DNA of 63,992 bases, the filler included, from Stramenopiles sp. TOSAG23-3 (lineage: Eukaryota), in NCBI GenBank assembly GCA_900128585.1. It is 5 parts of 5 records of this genome, joined end to end, with 100 filler letters (N's around TTAATTAATTAA, not from the genome) between each part and the next. Parts side by side here need not be neighbours in the genome. Positions count along the whole stretch, not along the records: positions 26,652 to 39,869 come from LT642634.1; positions 39,970 to 53,179 come from LT642635.1; 3 more parts are not named here. One strand, written 5' to 3'. The notes beneath the pieces were generated by a model, which saw nothing but the letters and a program-made list of their open reading frames with translations, made no database searches and was not told where the DNA came from. Positions 31,001-40,754 of the stretch are shown here, in pieces. Made by a program: the position numbers and the translations under genes. Each line of letters starts with the position of its first letter. Within the stretch, counting starts at the first letter, position 1.

Positions 31001-32905
31001 GAACGGTAGGTGTATCTTGGGGGATCTCTTGAGAAGGTCCCAGTCGACAGACTCCGGCTTGCTGCCAGGCCTTCGGGGCCGGCTTTCCCCTCTCTTTTGC
31101 GCGCCGGGACTATCGCTACTGTCGAACGCTTTGAAGCTGGTGCCACCCTCCGCGGAGCTGGGCCGACCGACGGGGGGAAATTGCCCCATTTCGGAAGAAA
31201 AATCTATTGTGTCCAGTGCGTACTCCGTGTCCTCTTCTTCGAGCGCAGGCTGTTGCGTCGAAGCCCCCCAATGGTTTTTACGCGCGGGATGGGGGGCCGT
31301 AAAAAGCTGGACAAATCCAGTGCCGTGCGATAGAAATGACGTATGTTCGTCTTTTTCGACGACTAGCGGAACATTCATGGCGGTAACAGCTGCTTCGCCG
31401 GAGAGTTTGAAACCAAAATTCAAGTCGATCCAGTGGTGAAGAAAAGACGACACATGGTCGCTTTCGAGCATTTCGCGATGCTTTCTTATAAACTCCGCTT
31501 GCGCGCTTCCCCCCTGCACCGGGGTCGACAAATCGGGCATGCTTTCATGCTCTGAACTGAAAATGTTTGGGTCGGTATAAAATTCAACGATGGCCTCGTC
31601 GGGCGTCCACTCGTACAAGCTGGCCATGGAGTTTGGGTATTCGCGGGCGCGGAAGTTGGACCTGACGACCGACTTCAAAACATGAATCGGCGTCTTCCGT
31701 GCCAAATAGACGTAGTAAGTTAAATCGGTCAAATTCTCCGGTATATGGTGAGGGGGCATGCCATTGACGTAGGTCGATTGAAGCTGTGAGTCCCCTTTTT
31801 TTAGTCTAAATTTGCTTTTGGTGAGATCACGCCATTCCCATCCTCTGAAATTCGTCACCCACGGGATTATTGGAGCGTACTTGTCGTCCCCAAAGTTCCT
31901 CCCCGCAGCTCGATTTACGAACATCAAATATTCCAAATTGGACAGACGGCCCTCCACCCATCTTGCTGTATACGAAGCGAAGACGTTGCCCGCGGCATTG
32001 TGGACGGGCGTAAGATCGTCGACGTGCCTGGACATCCTCATGCTTGGACTGCAGGGGATTGACAGCAAAGTCCATATCCCCCGCGGGTCGATCGATATTT
32101 TACTGGGGACTATGCTACCATGACCGACCCCTTTCTCATGCAAGCAGTTGACAGCTCTCAAAAGTTGGTACAGGATGTACGTCAAGTGAAAGTCCGCTGG
32201 ACCCGTGCTTCCGCGACCATCGTGCGCAAGAAAAACTGCCTTTGAAAAATACAAAAATGCCCGTTGAAGCGTCATCACCGAGAACTCGGTCAGAACGTAC
32301 ACGCTCTCGTCGTCCTCTGCGATCTTTTTGACTTTTGTGTACCCGTCCAAATTCTTCTCTAGAATGTACCCCAGTCTGCGTCTATACGTTCGAAAGTCTT
32401 CGGTTCGTTCACTGTTCTTTTCTGTTGCAGCTCTGGTACGGACATTCCCGGGGTTGGTAGGGAAGCCTGCCGGCCCGTTCTCTCTGTTAGCTCCACCGTT
32501 CACTAAGATTCCCTCAAGGTACTGGTTGATGGATATGAATTCTATTTGGTCTGTTCCCTGCCCTTCGGTTTGGCCTACTCCGTACCTGCTCCGTAGCGAA
32601 GGTGCGCTGCCATTCCTTTCCGGCAGGTAAACCGGCAGATTTACACTATCAACACGCGCCTTCTTAATTCGAAATACACGGACCTCCTTCGCACTGGCCA
32701 GGGAAGCAGGATAAACACTACGGCCCTTTCCCTGGGCCTTCCATAATCGGTCATTACCCTCAACCCCCGCTTTGAAGTACGCACACCTAACGCCAAAATT
32801 GCTATCATTTTCTTCGAGCGGCTGGACTTGAAGCGCAGATGAATACATGATCGGAAACCCGAAAATGGCGCTCAAGTCCGTCCGTCCGCCCCGCCCTCCC
32901 TCCAT
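28004..32905 (-). CDS. WDR81: BEACH-domain protein with split pseudokinase, HEAT-like region and WD40 repeats (WDR81-like)
   Basis: WVEGRLSNLEYLMFVNRAAGR, PWVTNF, RDLTKSKFRLKKGDSQL, WTPDEAIVEFYTDP, HREMLESDHVS..LHHWIDLNFG; DIFAIG..RRPSA..LL kinase C-lobe; C-terminal WD40. Confidence 0.88.
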   Translation of the reverse strand: MEGGRGGRTDLSAIFGFPIMYSSALQVQPLEENDSNFGVRCAYFKAGVEGNDRLWKAQGKGRSVYPASLASAKEVRVFRIKKARVDSVNLPVYLPERNGSAPSLRSRYGVGQTEGQGTDQIEFISINQYLEGILVNGGANRENGPAGFPTNPGNVRTRAATEKNSERTEDFRTYRRRLGYILEKNLDGYTKVKKIAEDDESVYVLTEFSVMTLQRAFLYFSKAVFLAHDGRGSTGPADFHLTYILYQLLRAVNCLHEKGVGHGSIVPSKISIDPRGIWTLLSIPCSPSMRMSRHVDDLTPVHNAAGNVFASYTARWVEGRLSNLEYLMFVNRAAGRNFGDDKYAPIIPWVTNFRGWEWRDLTKSKFRLKKGDSQLQSTYVNGMPPHHIPENLTDLTYYVYLARKTPIHVLKSVVRSNFRAREYPNSMASLYEWTPDEAIVEFYTDPNIFSSEHESMPDLSTPVQGGSAQAEFIRKHREMLESDHVSSFLHHWIDLNFGFKLSGEAAVTAMNVPLVVEKDEHTSFLSHGTGFVQLFTAPHPARKNHWGASTQQPALEEEDTEYALDTIDFSSEMGQFPPVGRPSSAEGGTSFKAFDSSDSPGAQKRGESRPRRPGSKPESVDWDLLKRSPKIHLPFRSSDVERDLLSSIRVHPNDAMSSSERPPIENDSERRLLDPAYYPSPYDRVGINPKDDIFAIGSILGQLFMPNFRPLFDSSALNYYLGLSDEKEQFSTVQRLHQLAPHLEMMPGPLKNALLRMLHPSPHRRPSAAALLQDPAVFPDIYEGVYHFHCMWYRKEDWFERAALAKKHFPSLLAAGTHVVQMLLPNFLDLIASHSKTAVEVALDMWYLFGRHVGTETIFSHTVNVVESLLRVLESDNASDSPSSSEEYENVWEVLSVFTGFRFIYSVLGEMGPKVFLEAYVPLLVDVIHTEDVAASVNSYDAGKRKAQVNASESINQLSSPGALGSDVSTKYLLPMLLERMGQVKPNVTLMPESIRGVARRIGERATSKVIIPHLFGLLPNFLRKIRDNGVLPENVNVAAFEVVQALSLLIPVITRRQTTYRLFIDGNVGPEGNSVQHCTLFNFLELLPLPKRGHGNKGGIKLHTLLGNTILSLSRIVGKQVTVEKIVPSLKNLVLHIIKTFPNMESRSIELKAVITFARNFFLPLSMMLGKKRFDFVFGVCDRQRIKEFYQIVGILSMEDLDQEEEEESAPPTDSQNNAEAPSPEEDMGVIGSSIEAVSNTLSSTIGGTTHKNSVLTLELLSLKKSGGKIGLTRAERIAKEAEEARQKALLKKTNQNDSTSNAFEGELKAFSSRRTDLLSQERLKKFKIRRRNIHDGDNIDNNFSPAKTFYVRHHASDEDQLADVTAMATNRDESLLLAGTREGMLAPISVGNGTPILSHQVSVGSSPVTGLHIFEQHALMCDGGVHLWDINKGRFTGRIRKSPGAFFTAMAGWERSPRRAALTTNRGTIVCIDFREKNPKVSYEWKVSMQRDTLSCVALETEHYITVGSKLGNVHTLDQRTGCIVNSFKSSNKVTQVVCRKNLILANEDPTLTVLPGSNDRFYGLSQGHVAVTTMPVDFQSQKCVFMESQFFPFRTGSATIFSQRIQCAQLFPLSRKILIASSDGIREILI

Positions 32906-33335
32906 CTTTCACACTCCTGAACACGGACGCCGGAAAGAGGGATGGCAGCCCTTTGAACGTTTGGAAAGAGTTATGAGGACGCGGTATGTTCCTTTACCTT
33001 GTCGATACAACCAACATGAATAATGCGTAGAAAGGCGTACCAAGTTTCCATTTAGTTTGCTAAATATATATTTCTATGGTATCCAGTAAAAACAACAAGA
33101 AGAAATTATTTTATAATTTATATGTACCAAGTCGTAATAAAATATATATCATAATAAAATAATAATGTAGTATAAGAAAAGAAGAAGAATGATTTTTTTT
33201 TATTTTTTATTATTACTCCTCTTCTATCTTCTTCTCTCCGGTGGTGGGTGGGTCGTTGCGGCTTTCTTGATTTTTAAACGATAGTATACGCACAGCATCG
33301 ATAATGAAAAAGACGAAAAGATTATTGCGAGTTCA

Positions 33336-33822
33336 GTATCTTTGGCGCGGAATTGAAAAATGGGGAAGAACTTTGTGTTAACTATTTCAAACGCAGAGAT
33401 CTTTATGAAAAAATGATAATTTTCACAATTTTAAAGCGTCAAAAGGGGTTTGAGATAAATAAAATTAGCGCGCACGATTCATTTTTCTAATGCATGGAAA
33501 AGAATACTTGTGCATTCGGGTGGCGCTTGGTCCAAATCGTCCATTTCACAAAAAATTGTCCCTTGGAACCGCAATTCCACGTCAATTTAAGGCAAACAAT
33601 TTATAAACGTTCGTTGGGGCTCGAACATTGCATGCGGAACGATCGCCTAAGCTAAACTTATGCAGTTAGGCATCCTTCTTTCTTCCATTTGTCATTTTAT
33701 GCCGGAGCGTTTCTATACTTTGAAAATCGAGACGGATTTTTTTTCGCGCCAAGGACACTTAACACTTTATTGAACAGGTGTCTATAATGGCATTTTACTT
33801 TTAAAAAAACAAGGACGGTCGT
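33336..33822 (+). ncRNA. Dispersed ~490-bp element, copy 2; candidate large structured RNA
   Basis: Full-length homolog of 8072-8559 (487 vs 488 bp) with pair-preserving substitutions. Confidence 0.6.
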
Positions 33823-34047
33823 CGTTTTATTTTTTAACAAAAATTGTGCGAATTACATAGGAACAGCATTGACATTTTTGGTATGATAATTATTTTCTGT
33901 TTGTATAAAATATTAAAAGCTGGCACGGTACTTCGTAATAATACCTTTGGTAGAGTCTACACCACAGTTCAACTTAGAGTTGACGCCATCATTGTATACA
34001 ACAGTCTTTCCCCTCCGTCCTTAGACTATTAACTCTTTTTTATTTCT

Positions 34048-35538
34048 TTAATCTTCCGCGTCCGTAGACTCTTCGTCTCCCATCTGAAAGGATAATTTGA
34101 ATGGACGCTTGCTCTTCGCAATAAGCTCGTTAACGTCTTTTAGCTCCATGTCTTCTGTAATCTTCGTTTCGTTCACGAATAAAAGGAGGTCCCCTTCACA
34201 AATGTCTTCGTATTTGTCTGCTGGTGACCCTGCCTCAACGTCGTCCACAATGACTCCCTGGGACAGTTTGGCAAACTTAAGACCAATCGGGCCCTCTCCG
34301 AACGAGAATGTTGCGTCCCCGTGCTCAGCCTTGTCATGCAGTTCTTCCTCCCTTTTCGCAAGCCTTTCTTCTTCCAGTTCTTCAAATCCCAATTTCGGGG
34401 CTACCTTCGAAATAGGAAAGTGGCCGATTTTGTGCGTTGCATAATGGTCGGGATCTGCGGTGTACACCGTCAGCTCTCCGATCCAGCACTTTGTCGATTT
34501 TGGGTCGTACACTGGGTAGTTGACGTCCATGATCCCTCGGACTCGCTTTGGCTCCCGCGGGACATCGGTCGCTTTGGTCCCGTCCGGCATGCACTCCCCA
34601 GAGACGTGAATCACGTCTCCTTTTTTGAACGACAATTCTGTCTTGCTATGGTTTCCTTTGTACGTCTCGATTGCCACGACTTTGAACGGAAACTTACATG
34701 TATGGTGCTGAAAGTGACTGGTCCAGTGCAGCAGTTTCGTCCCCAGCCCTTCCTTCTTCTGCTTTTCGTCTTTTTTCGGAGGGTCTTTCTTGCTCTCCTT
34801 TGCCTTTTCCTCCTTCTCTGGCTCTTCCTCGCCTTCGATGTCATCGCCCGTAAAAAGGTGGTCCTCCGCAAACGTCTTGGGGTAAGTACTTAATTTTTTA
34901 ATCAGCCCGTCCATCATGTTTTCGTACGCAGGATCGCCATCATTCTTAAAGTCCATGATCTTTGAGTAGAACTGAGACATGTTCATTTTTCCGCTCAACC
35001 CGCCGTCGACGTTTTGCGCAAACCAGGTTCGTAGCTCCCTCGTCCGTGTCCTACGCTTTCCCTCGGGCAGTTTCTCCACCGTGTTCAGAAAGAGAGTTAA
35101 AGTCTCGTGGTTGACGTACGGCTTCTTGGTCGTTCTGGTGATTGCCAAAAACACAATTTGGATGACCTTCTTTTCGACCTTTTCCCACGCCTTCTGGTTG
35201 AAACCTGGGGCCTCCCGTTCTCCTGGCGCGGAGTACATGCCACTGAAGGTGTCCACAAAAGTATCCTCGTCCACTCCTTTGACATTCCGTGAGGCAAGCA
35301 GCGCGTCGAAAGCGATGGTGCTTAATTTATCTTTTCTCGGAATGTCCGCAAGGCTGTTCCCCGACGGGAGCAGCAAGGGATCGCCGCCCAGTTGCCTGAA
35401 ACGATAGTGAAAGTGTTGATGCTTGGAATCTTCCTCCGACATCTTCTTCGACGCATGACTTATTGCCTTGGTTGCCGTTTTCAACTTTCCTTTCGAAGAT
35501 TTCCCCCCTTTACCATCTTTCCCTTGCGCCTGGCCCAT
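34048..35538 (-). CDS. Putatively N-myristoylated protein with degenerate EF-hand-like region, SH3 and PDZ domains
   Basis: MGQAQGK start; SH3 VAIETYKG..TELSFKKGDVI..WIGEL..GHFP; PDZ GPIGLKF..GVIVDDVEAGSPA...GDLLLFVN. Confidence 0.8.
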   Translation of the reverse strand: MGQAQGKDGKGGKSSKGKLKTATKAISHASKKMSEEDSKHQHFHYRFRQLGGDPLLLPSGNSLADIPRKDKLSTIAFDALLASRNVKGVDEDTFVDTFSGMYSAPGEREAPGFNQKAWEKVEKKVIQIVFLAITRTTKKPYVNHETLTLFLNTVEKLPEGKRRTRTRELRTWFAQNVDGGLSGKMNMSQFYSKIMDFKNDGDPAYENMMDGLIKKLSTYPKTFAEDHLFTGDDIEGEEEPEKEEKAKESKKDPPKKDEKQKKEGLGTKLLHWTSHFQHHTCKFPFKVVAIETYKGNHSKTELSFKKGDVIHVSGECMPDGTKATDVPREPKRVRGIMDVNYPVYDPKSTKCWIGELTVYTADPDHYATHKIGHFPISKVAPKLGFEELEEERLAKREEELHDKAEHGDATFSFGEGPIGLKFAKLSQGVIVDDVEAGSPADKYEDICEGDLLLFVNETKITEDMELKDVNELIAKSKRPFKLSFQMGDEESTDAED

Positions 35539-36570
35539 AACTGCTTCGACCTATCAACTAAGGTAACGTTCAAAATTATTCTTCGTACTATTTCCTCGTG
35601 TGCAACAGAACGTTGCGTAGAAGACAACACGTAACGTATATCGAGAACGAACAAAATAACGCAATTGTGCCTGCCCTGCCGTACACCCATTTATCTCACA
35701 ACCATTCCTCGAATTCATTTATTCGTTCATTTAAACTTTTATAAAATATATAGAGTAGAAGAAGATGCAACTTCTTATAACTAACTATAATAATTGACAA
35801 GTAATTATTATTATTTTAATAAAATATAATATATAAAAATAGACCAACAATAAATAATAGGAATATATGAAAAAAAAAGATGACAAAAATATTATTATTT
35901 TAAAATAATATTTTATATTGAAGAAGTTTTTTTTAAAAAGCTATTATACTATTCTGATTATGGATGATGTTTACGAATTAATATTATTCGTTCTATAAAT
36001 ATTATTCGTACAATTTATTAAACATGAGGAGGAGATAATATTCGTATTATAGATGGAGTCGTCTTCTTCTTGCTTTTTATATTATTTTTTTTAATAAAAA
36101 AAAATTATTTAATAAAATATCTTTTTAAAAATAAAATAACTAGTGCTGTGCTTTGCTTATGTGTTTTGTAATAATAGACACTAATAATGATGATGGATGA
36201 TATAATAAATTAAAAAAGATTTCTTCTTCTTCTTTTTTGTTGTTGTTGTTGTTGTTGTTGGCATGTTATTTTATTTCTGTGTATTTACTTATAAGAAGTA
36301 TTATTGAAGTATTATTATTTTAATATATCGAAATACCTCTACCTACCCGCCGGTATGTATGTATATACATAATTATAATCTATTTATCTTCTCTACAATG
36401 TCCTATACGAGTAAGATATGTTTCATACGAATGAAAAGAACTGGGATAAATTGAGAAGAAGAACTTGATCAGGTACACGAATATGATGGTAATTATTTGA
36501 TTATCTTTTTGGTTGGTGAAACGAGTTTGTAGTGGGGAAAATTTGGCGGAGAGAGGGCAGGCACAGCAAG

Positions 36571-37797
36571 ATGCCTTTGTGTTCGGCGGTCGTGCTCTTG
36601 AAAACGCCGCCGCCGCAGCAGCAGCGTTCGGGAGCGGGCAGTGGCGTGCTTTTCATAGAACCGTTTATTCTTCACACTGCATCTCTCTTGACCCCTACTA
36701 GGGCGATGTGTGTGATCGACTGCCTTGTTCCGTCTTTTGAACGTGCCTTGGGGGAGTACGAAAAATTTCATGCAAGGGAGGCGATCTTTGCGCCTGCAGT
36801 TAGTGACCTCGTTGACAGCAACCCGGGCCGGGCGGCTCACTTCCGAGAGGAGCGAGACGTTGCTGCCTGCCTCCGCGGAGACGTTGTCGTGGACGAGTGC
36901 TTCCGCGCGTCGTACCTGGTGATCCCAGAGAAGAGCCTAGCTTTGGTTGTTCTTGCACCGTCCGCGGACAACGCATTCGAGGCGCAGAAAGTTTTGAACC
37001 GAACGAAGTGCGTGTTGGAGACGACGCTGGGGACCATGGGGTCAAAGCGGGACGCCAAGCTGAGCTTCCACAGGCGCTTGGAAAAGTTGCACGGGGAATT
37101 ATACCTTTTGACGCACCGGGCTTTGCTAGGTCATGGCACCGGCACGGTTGTCGGAGCACGGCACTTCCATGACATAGATTTATCGAGCGATGTGAAAATT
37201 ACGCACAACAAGAGGGGTAGTAGCTACGGTGCGGCGTCTGCGGTTGGAGAGACCCCGTCAATATCTGAAATCGGTAACTTGTGGAAGCCCGGGGAACCGA
37301 GCAAGTATGGGGATGACCCGGCACATGACATTTTTCAATTAAATTTTTCACACCACTTCCAAAAGGTTAGGGCGTTGGACACAGCCTCCCAAAAGCAGAA
37401 AGAACACAGGGAAAAGAATGTCTTTCTGAAGGCCAGAAGAAAGAGCAAAGTTTTGGCAGTTCAGGCGGTCGAGGCTAGCGCCTGGAAGCTGTCCGCTGCG
37501 GACGCGAAGATGTACATAAGCTCCTCCTTTGATACGTTGAAGGACAAGAAAACGAACCTTTGCCACGGTAAGGTGGCGTTTAATTTTTTCAAGCGCAGAA
37601 CCGACGAGCATAGACTGAAAACATTGTACTCCTTGTGCAGCATTAAGAAGACGGAGTCGCTGACTCCTAGAATGTTCGGTGTTTTGATGCACATGGTGGC
37701 GATGACCGCAGTCAAGAAACCCCCGTTGCCCGTGCCAAAAACGTTGCCGGTGAACTTGGCAAAAATATTGGCAGGCAAGAAGAAGCGAGACGAGTAG
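36571..37797 (+). CDS. TCUP/TML-like longin domain (TSET/TPLATE complex medium subunit) fused to a C-terminal EH domain
   Basis: N-terminus ILHTASLLTPTRAM..GDVVVDECFRASY..NAFEAQKVLNR..EKLHGELYL resembles plant TML as I recall it. C-terminus WKLSAAD..Y..FDTL..G..A..FF..L..LYSL....LT..F..LMH..LPVPKTLP fits an EH domain. Confidence 0.6.
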   Translation: MPLCSAVVLLKTPPPQQQRSGAGSGVLFIEPFILHTASLLTPTRAMCVIDCLVPSFERALGEYEKFHAREAIFAPAVSDLVDSNPGRAAHFREERDVAACLRGDVVVDECFRASYLVIPEKSLALVVLAPSADNAFEAQKVLNRTKCVLETTLGTMGSKRDAKLSFHRRLEKLHGELYLLTHRALLGHGTGTVVGARHFHDIDLSSDVKITHNKRGSSYGAASAVGETPSISEIGNLWKPGEPSKYGDDPAHDIFQLNFSHHFQKVRALDTASQKQKEHREKNVFLKARRKSKVLAVQAVEASAWKLSAADAKMYISSSFDTLKDKKTNLCHGKVAFNFFKRRTDEHRLKTLYSLCSIKKTESLTPRMFGVLMHMVAMTAVKKPPLPVPKTLPVNLAKILAGKKKRDE

Positions 37798-38065
37798 TAA
37801 TCCGGTGCACTCACGCTAGTAGTGGAGAGAAAATGCATTTCAACGTGTGTGTATTAAATCTTCGAGTTTGTATAATAATTTACTTTTCTTATTCCCAGAA
37901 TATTCTGTGTAATTCTTAAGAACACATTTTGTAAAAATTTGAACTTACTCATCGGTACTTTATATTTCATAACTTCGTAAAAATTCTTAGGATGTGAAAA
38001 AAGCGGTGTTGTTGGCGTTAAGTTTGTGATATGATGATTTCCCACGCCCGCTTCTTTGGTTCTTA

Positions 38066-39433
38066 TCAGTAATCTTCACGGCTGTTTCTCTTCCGAATAG
38101 CTGCGATTTCGCCCCCAAACTTGACGTAATCCGACGCCATCTGCGTTGGAACAAGCGTCCCGTCCTCCGACTCATCGCTCGCGATCGGATCAGCAAACAG
38201 GGGCAACGGAACCTTCCCTTTTTTCTGGAAAAAACTATCGACAAAGCCATCCTGTACATCTTCTAGCTTTGCAGGGGACCAGCTCGGGCTTTGGTCCTTG
38301 TCTACCACCACCGCTCTTACCCCTTCAAAAAAATCATGAGATTCCATGAAAGCTTGGGCGACGTAATGTTCTCGAACCATACACCTGTTCATCATGGTTG
38401 CTTCTGCCTCAGGCCCACGCCTGCGAGTAATCTTGTGACCGTTCTGAAGAAGCTTAAGCGTGACCTTCAGCGCGGTCGGGGAGGCACGGTGGATGCTCTT
38501 CAGCGCCCTCGTGGCCCACTGGTCCTCGTCGGGGGTCTCTTTCAAACGCCTCTCTGCATCCCGAAGTTTGTGAATGATGGACTCCATGGTCATCTTTTTG
38601 GGCACAAACGCATCTGCGATGCTTTTCATGTTGCGGTAAAAAGGAGTGTCAGTTTTATTCGTGTGGAACTCTTCGGACAGCATTTCTTCGATACGAACGT
38701 AGTCCTCTGCAAAATTACGTTCGGACATGCTGGTGCCCACCACGTCTTGGACCCGGCTGATCACAGCGTCTATGTCTCGGTTTCCAATGTAATGCGTCGC
38801 GACACCGGCGTGCACGCAATCGGCCCCCTTGAGCCGCTCCCCCGTCAAGCCAAGGAAATTTCCGATCCCGCGCATGCGGCACCGAGGCAGAAAATATGAG
38901 CCCCCCACGTCTGGGAAGAAGCCGATTCCCGTTTCGGGCATGGCAAACATGGTGTTCTCGGTCGCCACCCTGAACTCGCCGTGAACCGAGAGGCCGACAC
39001 CCCCGCCCATCGTTATCCCATTCAGCATGCTGATGATGGGCACGTGGGAGAACTTTAGCAGTTGGTTCAGGTTGTACTCTTCTGCGAAGAATTCCTGGGT
39101 CAAGTGCCTCGTGCTATCTTCCCTCCCGTTGTCGTAGAGGCTTCGAATGTCCCCGCCGGCGCAAAACGCCCGCCCGCCCTCGCCTTTCAGCACGACCGCC
39201 TTCACCATCTTATTGTCGTGGTAGGCTTTGATCATTTGCGTCAGCTCACGGACCTGAGTAAGGGAAAGCGCGTTCAGGACTTTCGGCCGGTTCAGCGTTA
39301 TAATCCTCACGTTCGACGCATTTTCCACGAGAAGCTCCCCACTCGGAGAAGGTTTTCCAACGGTACCCCCACTGCTGTACGCCCGCCGCAACGAAGACTT
39401 GGTGAGGTGCTTTCCAAAGTTAGAGTATCTCAT
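38066..39433 (-). CDS. HIBCH: 3-hydroxyisobutyryl-CoA hydrolase, mitochondrial
   Basis: ITLNRPKVLNALS, AFCAGGDIR, GITMGGGVGLS, FAMPETGIGFFPDVG, DFFEGVRAVVVDKDQSPSW; presequence-like start at ATG 39433. Confidence 0.93.
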   Translation of the reverse strand: MRYSNFGKHLTKSSLRRAYSSGGTVGKPSPSGELLVENASNVRIITLNRPKVLNALSLTQVRELTQMIKAYHDNKMVKAVVLKGEGGRAFCAGGDIRSLYDNGREDSTRHLTQEFFAEEYNLNQLLKFSHVPIISMLNGITMGGGVGLSVHGEFRVATENTMFAMPETGIGFFPDVGGSYFLPRCRMRGIGNFLGLTGERLKGADCVHAGVATHYIGNRDIDAVISRVQDVVGTSMSERNFAEDYVRIEEMLSEEFHTNKTDTPFYRNMKSIADAFVPKKMTMESIIHKLRDAERRLKETPDEDQWATRALKSIHRASPTALKVTLKLLQNGHKITRRRGPEAEATMMNRCMVREHYVAQAFMESHDFFEGVRAVVVDKDQSPSWSPAKLEDVQDGFVDSFFQKKGKVPLPLFADPIASDESEDGTLVPTQMASDYVKFGGEIAAIRKRNSREDY

Positions 39434-39723
39434 TCTTTCGCTTCCTTTGCGTGTTGTCTGTAAACAAAAACAAAAAAAACAATCCACCAAAAAGGGATTT
39501 TAAGAAATAACAATGGTAATTAAATTCAAACGATGCAAATAAATACCTTTCTCTTCTCTTTCCACACTCTTCATAGTTTTTTTTCGTAACGTCGTATATA
39601 TATATAAATATATATTCGGCAATTCTTTTGGTGGTAAAATAATAATAAATTATTATTTTGATTGTGGTGTTTTTTTATTATTATTATTATTAATTATCAA
39701 TATTCGAACTCTCCTCCTCCTCC

Positions 39724-39869
39724 TCTTCTTCTTCTTTCTTCTTCTTCTTCTTCTTTCTTCTTCTTTCTTCTTCTTTCTTCTTCTTCTTTCTTCTTCTTCT
39801 TCTTCTTTCTTCTTCTTCTTCTTCTTTCTTCTTCTTCTTCTTCTTCTTCTTCTTCTTCTTCTTTCTTCT
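39724..39869. repeat. (TTC)n/(TTTC)n microsatellite at contig end
   Basis: Direct inspection. Confidence 0.95.
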
Positions 39870-39969
39870 NNNNNNNNNNNNNNNNNNNNNNNNNNNNNNN
39901 NNNNNNNNNNNNNTTAATTAATTAANNNNNNNNNNNNNNNNNNNNNNNNNNNNNNNNNNNNNNNNNNNN
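39870..39969. other. Artificial contig-joining spacer
   Basis: N44-TTAATTAATTAA-N44. Confidence 0.97.
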
Positions 39970-40033
<64 letters not shown>

Positions 40034-40097
40034 AACCAAAGAAAGAAAGAAAGAAACTAACAAAGAAAGAAAGAAAGAAAGAAAGAAACCAAAGAAA
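39970..40097. repeat. (GAAA)n microsatellite at contig start
   Basis: Direct inspection. Confidence 0.95.
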
Positions 40098-40754
40098 AAT
40101 TATTATTAAAGTTGGAATACTCCCCCCTACTACCGGTATTATATAGTTAGTCTATGTAATAAAAAATAAAAAATAAAATGATGATATCATTTTTTTTTAA
40201 TATAATTAGCATTCGCTGCTGTCCAAATAAAATGAGCTGAAATATTCATTATTACACCACACAGTATAGGGGAAAAAAAGAAGAACAACAAACACTTCTT
40301 CTTCTTCTTTTTTTTTTTTTTGTATAAAAAAATAGTTTTCGCCACCAACCACAATCATCAACAAAAAAAAGAGAGAGAAAAAATCCAACAACAAGAACAC
40401 ATCATCATAACGAACGAATCAACTTGAAGTTGTTTCATACATATATATTTGAACCGACTATTTATTAATCGTCTTCTAGTAGTAATTACGAGAGTGGAAT
40501 TGAATATATATATGTATGTACATACAGTAGGAAAAGAGGAAGAAGGAAACGGAAAAAGGGAAGGAACAGATCAAGCTGCTTAGATTCGGTCAGTTTTCTT
40601 CTATTATTTGATCGGTTTTGTTTGTACAGTTAGTTGATTTCTTCGTTTCTTCGGTCGGGTGGGGTGAGTTGTATACTAGAGGGGTGTTTTCAGTGATGGA
40701 GTGCATGAGTTCGTAGTTGGCAATTAGAAAAGGACCTCTTCTTTTTTTTTAATC

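Noticed and set aside
39662-40400. Low-complexity ORFs over microsatellites (also 53232-53432 and 62477-62746)
   Set aside because: Translations of simple repeats.
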